Shown: piece by piece, positions 1 through 10,635 of the stretch
Layout of the letters: each line of letters begins with the position of its first letter
Numbering within the stretch: position 1 is the stretch's first letter
From: Camelus dromedarius
Lineage: Eukaryota
Direction of reading: 5' to 3'
Assembly (NCBI RefSeq): GCF_036321535.1
Contig: NC_087436.1
Span: 76,820,001-76,884,000, forward strand
Length of the DNA: 64,000 bases
Position numbers and translations under genes: made by a program
Notes under the pieces: model-generated
Seen by the model: only the letters and a program-made list of their open reading frames with translations
What the model was told of the DNA's origin: nothing
Database searches by the model: none

Positions 1-521
1 CTCTTTGAAATGTGTATAAATCTCCTTTAAAGTCTTTTTCCAGTTTTACAGATCCCAGGGGGAATGTCTTTCTTGATCTGAGAGCCATCATCAAAGAAGG
101 TGGTGCCCCCAACTCCCAGTCTCCATGAGAGGGTAGGAGCCTCACTTTAATGAGTGCCTTGCTCCAAGTTTTAACACTACCTCCTATCAGGAGAATAGGA
201 AAAAGATGACTTTCCCTTCAGGTAAGGTCAGTTAGCAGAGACAGGTGGCCTGCAATTCCCTCCACTCCAGCTCTTAAACTCTCCAGCTCTCACTAAATGT
301 GTCGTGATAATCATGTCATGTAAGTCGAATCATTATGCTGTACACCTTAAACTTACACAGCACTGTATGTCAATTACATCTCAATGAAATTAGAAGGAAA
401 AAAACAGCTCTCTAGCCCTTTATCTCAGCAGAGTTGAGTTCATCTCTCTTCTCTATTGTAATAGTCTTGGATAAGGTCTTCCTTACCTTTTTAACTTTGT
501 CCAGTGGAATTTTTCTCTATC
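1..521 (+). mobile_element. ERV1 LTR remnant (MER34-like), interrupted by an L1 3' end
   Basis: Motifs gggaatgtctttct, gggtaggagcct, ccttgctccaagtt..actacctcct recalled from MER34-type LTRs; ends ...tgtccagtggaatttttctctatca. Confidence 0.6.
292..404 (+). mobile_element. Short L1 3' end inserted into the LTR
   Basis: atcattatgctgtacaccttaaacttacacag...tatgtcaattacatctcaat + A tail; TSD cagctctc at 284-291 and 405-412. Confidence 0.75.
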
Positions 522-753
522 ACTAGGTATTCCTCCCACTCCAAGAATAAAGGAGGAAAGGAGAGAAGGAAAAAGGAAGGAAGGAAGGAAAGAGGAAAGG
601 AAAGAAGGACCAGACAAATCATTGGTTATCTTTTCCTCAATTAAAGGATATTTTAAATTAAAATGCAGAAAGAACAATTTCAGAATAAAAGAGTTCTTTC
701 AAATTGAGTAAGTCTAGGATTGTGAAAAATGCAATCCATTTTCTTACCTTTTT

Positions 754-1282
754 ATTAGTTTGGAGATTATTAGTTTACTACAAAAGACAGACATGGAAGT
801 TATTTACCTGATGAAAGATTTCAGAACTTTAGTGTAACGTGCAGTCTCACTTGATGCCATTTTAATAGCAACTTATTTCAGTCTTACAGATTTTCCAAGA
901 ATGTCACCATCTCTAAATAAAAAAATAAACCCCTGCTTTCCAGAACAACTTTGGTGCCTCTGTATTCTGAGAGAAGAAATTCACATTTAACTTTCACATG
1001 AACTGGTTGGATCTCTCCACCCCTGCCTTTAGAGCCGGATCCAATAGCCAATATTGTTGCTTGCAATACTTTTTCCTGGCATTTTTTCTGGAGGCATCAT
1101 GCCTCCTTTGGTTACAATTTCGGCTGCCCTCCTTTCAACTAGTTCTAGATCAAAGAGGGGAAGAAACTTTCTAAATGCCTGTCGTGTGGTGACTCTAGTT
1201 GCTGAAGTTCGTATCCCACTCTGATAACCACAGCTCAAGGAGAGAGCCGTAGTCTGGCCCTTGGGACACGTGAACGTGGGAG
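754..1282 (-). pseudogene. HSPE1: HSPE1 (HSP10/chaperonin 10) processed pseudogene, near full length
   Basis: Frames give QAFRKFLPLFD..LVER..AAE.VTKGG and LQAT..A.GSGSKG.GGEIQPV.VKV...LL.EY.GTKVVL; no introns; start codon lost (ACC at 1190-1188); frameshifts near 1070 and ~925; stop at 880-878; UTR-like flanks; candidate TSD attttcttaccttttt (738-753) / attttctttccttctt (1283-1298). Confidence 0.93.
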
Positions 1283-1460
1283 ATTTTCTTTCCTTCTTTC
1301 ACTTCAACGCTGACATCTCTGTCTGCTGAAGTTTAGAGAACCACAGATCTATAGGATGAACTCTGGACTTTTTTTTTAGGCTACTGATAATCTGGTCTAA
1401 ATTTTCCATTTCCAAGGCTTCCACTATTTTTACTCCAGCCAAATATATCTCCTCTCTCGA

Positions 1461-1700
1461 TTTATTTTTGTTAATTAATTTATTTTTATTAAAGCATAGT
1501 TGCGTTACAATATTGTGTTAGCTTCAGATGTACAGCATAGTGATTCAGTATTTTTGCAGATTATATTCTTTTATAGGTTATTACAAACTAACTGGTATAG
1601 TTCCCTGTACTATACAGTAAATCCTTGTTGCTTATCTATTTTGTATATAGTAGTTTGTGTCTGTTAATCCCGTACCCCTATTTTGTTCTTCCTCCTTTCA
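1461..1700 (-). mobile_element. L1 3' end (artiodactyl type)
   Basis: T-rich tail then ttacaatattgtgttag..gtacagcatagtgattcagt..tagttccctgtactatacagtaaatccttgttg. Confidence 0.8.
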
Positions 1701-1739
1701 GTTTCTGTTTGCTATCTACCTGTATAATGCTTTCCCACC

Positions 1740-2760
1740 TTTTCTCCTTGCCTAAGACCTGTGCTGTCTTTCAAGACTCAGTTCATCTCAGTTCCTCCAT
1801 AAATACAAAACCTTTCTCTGGTTTTCTTTCCCTTCTTGCTCTACCTCCCTAAAAGCTCTTTTTTCCATTAAAAAAAAAAAAAAGAATTTGGTTGACTCTT
1901 TCATTCCACACAACTCCCAAATGTGTACCTCCAATCCAGATCTCTTTTTTGAACTCCAGACTGTATTCAGTAGCCTTTCTGACATTTCCACTGAGATGAT
2001 AAGGGCACCTTTCACTCAACATTTCCAAAACAGACCTCCTTATCTTCTTCCAAAGACTGTTCTACCTGATGACAACTCATCTTTCTAGCTGCCCAGGTGA
2101 AAAAGCTTAGAGCTATTCTATTGTCTTTCTCTCACACCCACATCTAATCTGTCCAGGTATCTCATAGATTCCACCTTTGAAACACATTCTACTCCAACCA
2201 TCACTTCTTACCACCTCCACTGCTATCTCCCTAGTGGAGCCCCTTCTCCTCTCCTGGGTTATTGAAATAGCCCCAGAATTGGTCTTGATGTTTCCACTTC
2301 GGCCCCTGCCTGCAAAGTCTATTTTTGCACAGCAGCCAGAGTGATCCTTTTAAAACAATGTGGTGCTGTGTCACCTTCCAGTGGCTCCCTGTTTCACTCA
2401 GAAGAAAAACTCAAGTCCTTACAATGACTTACAAAACCCTACGTGATCTCTCCTCTCCCTCCACCCTCTCCTGCTCGTCTCAAAACTCCTTCAACCCACA
2501 CACTGACTGCTTTGCTCTTCTTTAAGCTAGCAGATATAGTCCCAGCTTCGGCTTTGGCCCAGCTGCTCCCACTGCATAAACACCCTTCCCTTGCATGGTC
2601 TTCAAGGCTCACTCTCTCACCTTCCTCAAGCCTTTGCTCAAATCTCTCCTCAATGAAAATTATTTTGATCCCTTATTGAACATGACAAGTTGTCCCCTCA
2701 CTCTCTCTGCATCTCTGACACAACTAATGTCCCTTTTCCTGAAATCACCTTACTCTTAAA
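1740..2760 (+). mobile_element. L2 LINE fragment
   Basis: actcccaaatgtgtacctccaatccagatctc..gaactccagact; cacagcagccagagtgatccttttaaaa; ccttccagtggctccc. Confidence 0.7.
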
Positions 2761-4137
2761 CCACCTCAGTCACATTACGCTCCCCTGAGAACTAGCAAGA
2801 CCTTGAAAGACTTCCTTAAAGTACACAACCTGTAAATTCCAGATGTGTCATTTAATTTCAGCATCCTGCACACTGAGACAGTGCATGGTTATAAGGATCC
2901 AGACAAAGACTTGTTTTCCTGTTTGCATGGGAGAGGGTTGCATAAAGGTGGCTGGATGTACAGAAAAGGAAGGAGGATGGAGAAAGAAAGTCATTCCAGT
3001 GAGCTAAACACAGAGAAACCACATACCACAAATGTTTGTAATCACAACCACATCCTGAGGGACCAGAAAACCTATAAACTGCGACCGCCAAAAAACCTAC
3101 AAATTGCAACAAGAATTGAAGATAAAAAGAAAAGAAAACTAGCTATTTTAAAAATAAAAACAGGTGTCAAGAGTTATCCAGGGAATTCAGCAGAGACCCA
3201 AGAGTGCATATGGATGCTTGTCTTCCCTGCAATGTTTTCTCACAACCAGAAACAAAGCTACCCTTCTACAAATAATATCGAGTTGTTCGGTTTTGTTTTC
3301 TGGAGGAAGCATGTCTCTAGGATTAAAAGATCAAAATATGAAATGATGAGATGTAAGAAAATGTTTAGGTTTGGGATTTTGGTCTTTTAAAGGGCAGGGA
3401 TTTTTTTTTTTTCTTTGCTTTGATTATATATATTTTTACAAAGAAAATGCACTCATAAGAACAACAGCCTTGTGATCAGTTCCTTTTAGTGCTTCGTGTT
3501 TTCATGTTCAACAATATAACAGCAAGACTTTCCATAAACCAAAAAAAAAAAAAAAAAAAAAAAAATCCTACAAGGAAAACACTGTTTTATCAATGGAGTT
3601 TACATTTCAAAATATTGCATCTTAGGCAACAAACATCAATCATCTCAACTAAATTATAGTTCAATGTAGTTTCAAACTAAGATACTGCCAAGCAATAAAA
3701 ATGGAATTCCTTATTCATGTGAGAAAGCACCAACAGTAAAATGGACAGAGCAATAAGCTCACTCATTAAAATGCACTAATAATTTCAAAATATAATAAAT
3801 GCCTTAGATACTATAATGCAGATTTCATTAACAAAAAGGCATTATTCCAGGTACATATGTAATGTTTCAAGAAAAAAAATGCTTCATTTGGAAATTATTC
3901 TTCTACTGTATTTTGGTTTTAAATATGACTTTTCAGATTTATAAATATCAAAATAAAATGTATACTCTCATAAATTCCTTTTGAAGGAGGCGAAAGGGAA
4001 AAACAAAACAACCTAAAATAAATTCTATACAAATTCTTTCTTGTAATGGTCTCCAGCGTTACTGTCTGTACCTTCTTTACTATAGTCTGCAGCAACATTG
4101 AAGATCCATAAATTATTTCTGGATAGAACTATTTTTA

Positions 4138-4290
<153 letters not shown>

Positions 4291-5409
4291 CTAGAATATT
4301 GTGGGAGAATTTTATTTACTTAAATAATTTCAAACTAGCCAGAAAAATTTACTGAAAGAGTCAAATCCTAACTTTGTTCTTTCTTAGTTGCAGTCCTTAC
4401 TCAGTAGCCAGAAGCAAATTCCTCAGGTGATCTAATTGTTCCTAAAACAAGCATTAACATAAATAGAAACATTAAGAAATCCCGGTACTTCCTGTTATTT
4501 AATTTAAATTTTTTAAATTTAGAAAAAAAAATTAATTTAAAAAATTCCTTAATCCAGAAAATTACTGAGATTTCAGGTTCACAAAAACCTAAAAAAGGGG
4601 GAAAATATCCTTCTATCCCATTTAGTTTATGTTCCCTGTCTTTAGATATTACCATTATCACAAGATCATTCTTTAAGAATATAAAATTGGAAATAATAAA
4701 TCATTCAAAGGTAAAATATAGAGAAAATGACCATGAAAGACAAAGATAAACTGAAGGAAATTTAAAAAAAGTACACGATTTATGTATTAGTAGGCATTTG
4801 TTGTAAATGGTCCCAGGATAATTAAAATATCCTGACAAAGGTAGAAAAAAAGAGAGGATAACTTTTGTCTATGGCTAAGAAATACCATAATTAAAACATA
4901 GCTCTCACTTTTATTTCAAATAATTATACAATTAAAAATAGTGAAATTTTTATTAATTCAGATTCTAGTAATTCATTATTTGGGATCAGTTGGTAATTTT
5001 TTTTAAATAGCTCTAAGAAGGTATCAAACAGAAAAAAATGACAAGGAGATTTTAAAGCATTAAGGAAACAACTCTTTTCCAAAAGAGTTTACAAAGTATA
5101 TTGCCAAAGAATAATCAGTGTATAAGCAAATCAAAGCTATTAATTAAAGTGGAAGTAGCAGGCAACATTGTTAATCTAGCTTCTGTACAACACTATGCTC
5201 CAATTCTCATAAAATATTATAAATTCCAAGAATTAATAGCAGAAGCTTTGCTTTAATTACTCTAAATTGTAATTTTATTTTCTTTAGAAAATTTCTTCTC
5301 TGTGCCTTGGATTGAGTGCCAAATATTATTAGTTATGGAGAGTTAAGATAAAAAAGAAACAATCTGAAACTGGTAAGATTTTCAATAATGACGCCAGAGT
5401 GAGGAGATG

Positions 5410-5610
5410 AGGATTATTATTTAGTCCCTGCCACATGTCAGACACTATCCCAGACATTTCATGGATATTATCTCATTTAATCCTTACAAGAACCCTTAAA
5501 GTAAGTAGTTTCACAGTTTTACAGCTGAAGTACCTAGGACCCAGAAATGTTCATTTCTTTGCCCAAAGTGGCAAAGCTAGGATTCTAGTAAATTTTGAAT
5601 TCTTTCCATC
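5410..5610 (-). mobile_element. MIR SINE
   Basis: tctcatttaatccttacaagaaccct..ttttacagctgaag..tgcccaaagtggcaaagctag. Confidence 0.65.
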
Positions 5611-7489
5611 ATACTTGAGAGGCTTGAAGAAATAAAGTCCTTAATGTGTTTTTTTTTTCCTTAATGTGATATTTAGTTTGGATTCTTACAGGGCTAGAGC
5701 CACCAGGAAAGATACAATTAGCAAACATAGCCAAACTCTTCTTCAAAATTTAGAATTACCCTCATTAAAAATATTTCTTTTGAAATATTCACTTCAAAAC
5801 ATTTTGTTTAAAAAAAAAGTTTAGCTAAATCCAGAAAAGAGAGAAAACTTGGGGTGTTTATACCAACTTAACTGAACTTTTGAACTATTTCAACACAGAA
5901 TGCCAAGTTGCTTATTTAAGAAAGAAAACTTAAACCTGGTTGCTTATTCTGCAGAACTGAGTGCCTTGTTTTGTTTTGTTTTAGTTTGGTTTTTTGAAGA
6001 CTAAGCATAGTTGAATCCAAAAATAATCTTTCCTAGCCACTAATTTCTCTACTTCAAAGCATGTACCAGAGAGCACACGGCATGGAAGGCATGGTTTTAG
6101 TTTGGGGGAAGATCATTTGGTTCATAATAATGTATGACTGAGCAGATAATCTTACTGACTCAACTTTTAAGGGATCAGTAGACACTGACAGAAGTTGTTT
6201 ATCATCTGGCCCGTAGAACTCACCAGAAGTGAACCAGTTGTCTAATCAATGAAGGAAACATTCAAAATGTTGAATGCTTATCCAAATGGAATAAGAACAC
6301 AAGGTATATTTTACAACAAAGCTCACTCTTTTCTGTAGCCTCCTGTAGCATGCTGATGAGGTCTTGTAGGCAACCAAAACAATCAGACGTTATTCCTAAA
6401 ATCTCAGTCTAGTATATACTGTGGCTGGTGTCAAATAAAACTGAGTTAAGTCTCCATAGCCATGAAAAGCCACCTGAAGATTCTTTTGACACATGGACTT
6501 CAATTTCAACAGTATAATCTTCATCTTCCTGAGGGCAGTAGCAGCCCAGTCAAAACATGACCGTCAGCAACAGTACTGATAATGACGGCTTTTATGGATT
6601 CCTTACTGCGAGACAGACACAGAGCTCATCTTATTTAACAACACACTGAGGGAGGCTGTAGCATTATCTCCATTTTCCAGATAAGGGACCCGAAGCTTAA
6701 AAAGGTAACTCACCCAAATGTTGGACTTCTCTGACTCTGCAGACAAAGTGCTTTCACCTCTACTGCATGCCACCTTAATCCTCGATAACCACTAGAGTCT
6801 TATATCTAAATTTCTCTCACTGACAAGAGCTTAGGGTCACTCCTCCAACTTTTTACTATATTCACGTATTTCTCATGGTTAACTACAATGGCATCTGCTA
6901 TATGCTAAGATAAGGTATTTATTTGTGAATATACATAAATGTATATTTTTATATGCATATATATTTGCTGGGAAAATTTTTCAGAAGTGTTACAATCATG
7001 AAAAAAACACTCTAAAAGTTATTTCCACTTTTAAATTTTATCATCTGTTTAGAAGAACATTTTTGAGATTACAGGTATGATACTGGCACTATTATGACCC
7101 GACACCATTGTCCAAAGCTATGCTACCCCCTTGCTGGACACAGATTCATAAAACCATCTTCCCCTCTAATCCAGACTCAATAATTTGACCTTTCTTTTCT
7201 CCAAAACTGTGATATATGTATTTCATGTTTTGTCATATTTTATGTCACTTCCATTATCATCTATGGGTTTCTCACCCTGGTTGCTGTATAACTTCTACTG
7301 CTAGTTAGTACATTTATGACAATAGAATCCATACTCTCAGTTACAAAAACTTTATTATGGGCAAAAAATGTATTAAAGCCATGTTGTTTTTAATAAATCC
7401 TATACATAAGTGGGAGGTGAGTACAAAGTTCATCTTCAATTGTCCCAAGAACCAAATAAAACTGAGAAAGGGGACAGATTCAGCCCACG

Positions 7490-7680
7490 TGTTGGAGAAT
7501 CAGGAGTTCTAGGTATGCACCCTAGTCATTACATTCTCAGCCTTGTGTTCTTCAACTGTAAAATGGGGTTAAGTGTGCCCATTTCAGAGTTGTTTTGGGG
7601 AAGAGAGCTTGATAAAATAATGTACATAAAATGTCCAACAAATCACCAGGAACACAGCAGGTACTCTATAAATTACTGTA
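7490..7680 (+). mobile_element. MIR SINE
   Basis: ttcttcaactgtaaaatgggg..ataatgtacataaa..caggaacacagcaggtactctataaat. Confidence 0.6.
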
Positions 7681-9399
7681 ACACTTGACTATTCTTTAAC
7701 AGATTATTGAGAATATCAAGATACTTTTATATAAATATTTTAGATCCAAGTTCAAAAACAACACAGATAATATAGAAGAATGTATAGCAACAACAAAATA
7801 ATTTCCTTAACAATGTTTTGTTCAATTTAAAGAATTTCCATTCTACTTACTGTTATATAACAATATAAAGAGCTAAATTGTTCAAAAATTCCTAGTACAT
7901 AATGCCATGCAGGTTCCTGTAAAGAAATTTTTCAATACTACTTCCTTCTTGTTACAAAGCATTATCTTGATTAAATCCCACGTTTCCACTATGTTGAGCT
8001 GTGTGCTTGAACTTTACACCTAAAACTGCATGCCAAATTGGTTTATGAATGTTTATCAGGAAGTTCAATCAGTCACTCAGTCATTCTACTACTAATTAAA
8101 CCAATATTTATAAATTGCCTACAATATAGCTAGGCTGTACTTGGTGATAAGGCTGCAATAAAAATAAAACAAAGTATTACAATGTAATCGAAAGGCTTAG
8201 AACTGAAAACTCTGTCTACTTCCTTTTCTATAAACTGGTTCTACATTGTTTAGAATTGTTTACAAATATGTCCATATACTCTGCTCCATCCTCAGAGTAT
8301 TTTTTTAAGTGGAAGGATAGAAGAAATCTAAACAACATAACAAAAAGACTGCTTGAAGTGCATTTTAATGTCAATTGGTACTCAATACCAATAAATAATA
8401 AATAATAATAAAACTAAATTCAAGTGTACTAATTTCATGACACATAAGAAATTATTAAATAGTATTGTGATATACAATTAAGTAAATAAATTCAATGTCC
8501 CAATGGTCACAGTGCTTTTATTTAATTTGTAAAGATGTATGAAAATTCCAAAACAGGAGAATAGCTCAGTGCCATATGTTAGGGCTACTCAGATCTGAGA
8601 AATCTCATATTCGATGAAATACAGTGGACATTTCAATCCACAGTAACCTATTTGCAAAGTATTCATTTGCTGCTATATTTATGCATATCCAATAAAAGAC
8701 TGCAATTTTATGATCCATTAAAAAAGATGAAAAAATTAAATAAAATTGTGAAAGACATTTGCTGGAAGTAATAAATAATTTACCTCCAATTTTAACAGAC
8801 TGAAAATTAAACTGGCAACTACTCAAAAAGTTATTAAAATTATGGTGACTTAAGATATTTTGAAATTAAGGGCTACTGTTTAATGCTCTGCAGACCTTTT
8901 CAAAAGTTAGCTTAATGCATAATGTTATGAGTTGAAAACAAGGTTTCATATTTGTGACTAGTTTAAAGAATCCACTTCTAGTTATGAGTATATGTAAGTG
9001 AATGCTTTGTCTTAGGACATTTTCTTCAAAGTGGTTAAAGAATAAAATAATTGAATAAAACAATTTCTTTTTGAGATATTTCAATGTACATTTATAACTA
9101 AAGCAAACACTGCAGTCAAGAAGATTGCAAGATTTCAGAAGGAAAATAAAGCTGTATCAGAAATGTACTGGACATCACACTTAAAGTTGCATCATAAATT
9201 TTTTCAGTATTACACTGAAAATAATCCCATTTTAACTGCTTTGCATATTTCTTAAAAATACTAAAATGATACTTGGAAATTATCACTCAATTTTTAGCGC
9301 CTTTCATCCAAAACTGTCAAATGTCTTAGTAATAGTAAAAACTTTGATAATATAAAATTTAGAAGTAGATATATAAGAAATATCTTTTATATCGTCATG

Positions 9400-9790
9400 C
9401 AGCTGCCCCTCTTTGAACAGTTTTATAGTTACCGAAACACTCACTAAATGATGCTAATTATTACAAAAGTCTTCCTTACATTGGGCTGAAATGTGCCTCC
9501 CTATATCTTCTACTCTTTCCTCCTCTTGTTCTTGGGGCAATAAAGAGGAAGCCTCTCTGTCACGTGACAGACCCGACATTTGAAGAGAGCTGAGGTGTCA
9601 CACCTGATTCATATCTTTTTCAGTAGTTTAACTGCATCCCCCTTAGTATTTCCATACTTGGCAACATCTTGTCGGCCATCCCTAGTTGTGCTGGAATTAA
9701 TTGTTGTTCCTCTTTAAAAGACAATTTCCAGAACTGACTATAATATTTAGGATGGAGCTGTAATGCAGATTAGGGGAACTTACCACATTT
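9400..9790. mobile_element. L3/CR1 LINE remnant
   Basis: cttccttacattgggctgaaatgtgcctccct..tgacagac..atttgaagagagct..ccagaactgac resemble the L3 consensus. Confidence 0.55.
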
Positions 9791-10051
9791 ATAGGTGTAA
9801 TCAGAAAGCAACACACCATGGGAACAAAGAAATAAGCGTTCCACCATTGGGGGAGGGCGTGTAGAGAAATGTAAAAACTGAGAGGGCCCTGAGCCTTAAC
9901 CCATCTCACCAAGATTCTAATATTTTTATTAAAAATAAAGACATAAAGTCCTGGTATCCATGATGAAAAAAGTAAATGAAGTCTCATTCCTCATAGAAAC
10001 AGAAGAAAGAATAAAGTTGTGTTGCATCACCTGCTACTAAGATAATGGAAC

Positions 10052-10554
10052 TGGGGACTACATAGATATGCAGATGGAGGACATTTGGTCAGCGTGTGGC
10101 CTAGAGTGGATGGCTGGATTTGCCCGCAGGCATTCACCCAGCATCAATGGGCTGTGCAAGCTGTAGCTGGGCCTCCGCAGCAGCCCGATGTCCTGGCAGC
10201 TGGAAGGAGACCCAGTGGTTTACACATGTGCATCTAGGATGTCTTCTCTGGGGGTGAGTGCTGTGGATGTTTCTGAGTGCACTCCATCTTCTGGTCTCCC
10301 CACTACAAGAAGCTCGTCTCAGGCCATGGCTTTGCCCAGAACCAGCAGGTTATTTGGAAGTACCCAACCATGGCCAAGGTGGCTGAGCTCAGACAAGGTC
10401 TGAAGTCCTACCACGAGCCCAGATGGAGCCCTGCAGCTATGGTGCTGCTTCAAGTTGGACCCTGACCAAGGAGGGAAGGGGGAGAAGACCAGAGCAGCCA
10501 TAAGCAGCTTCATCCACCAAGTCATCTGATGAAGACCAACTGATCACCGCTGTT

Positions 10555-10585
<31 letters not shown>

Positions 10586-10635
10586 GGTGTGTTTAACTTT
10601 TCTAATAAAGTCATGCCTCATTCTCCAAAAAAAAA
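10052..10635 (+). pseudogene. CDC20: CDC20 processed pseudogene, 5'-truncated (C-terminal WD40 region plus 3'UTR)
   Basis: [36 protein letters not shown] matches CDC20 [33 protein letters not shown]; C-terminal SSFIHQVI then stops at 10527-10532; AATAAA 10604-10609; A tail 10627-10635; no introns; frameshifts and deletions. Confidence 0.92.
10551..10592 (+). repeat. Imperfect (TG)n microsatellite inside the CDC20 retrocopy 3'UTR
   Basis: tgtttgtgtttgtgtgtg...gtggtgtgt. Confidence 0.9.

Noticed and set aside
884..1238. HSP10-like ORFs as a functional retrogene
   Set aside because: Start codon lost, at least two frameshifts and many non-conservative changes.
2845..3390. 181-aa plus-strand ORF
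   Set aside because: No recognisable domain, non-ATG start, low-complexity Lys-rich composition from A-rich intron; likely chance.
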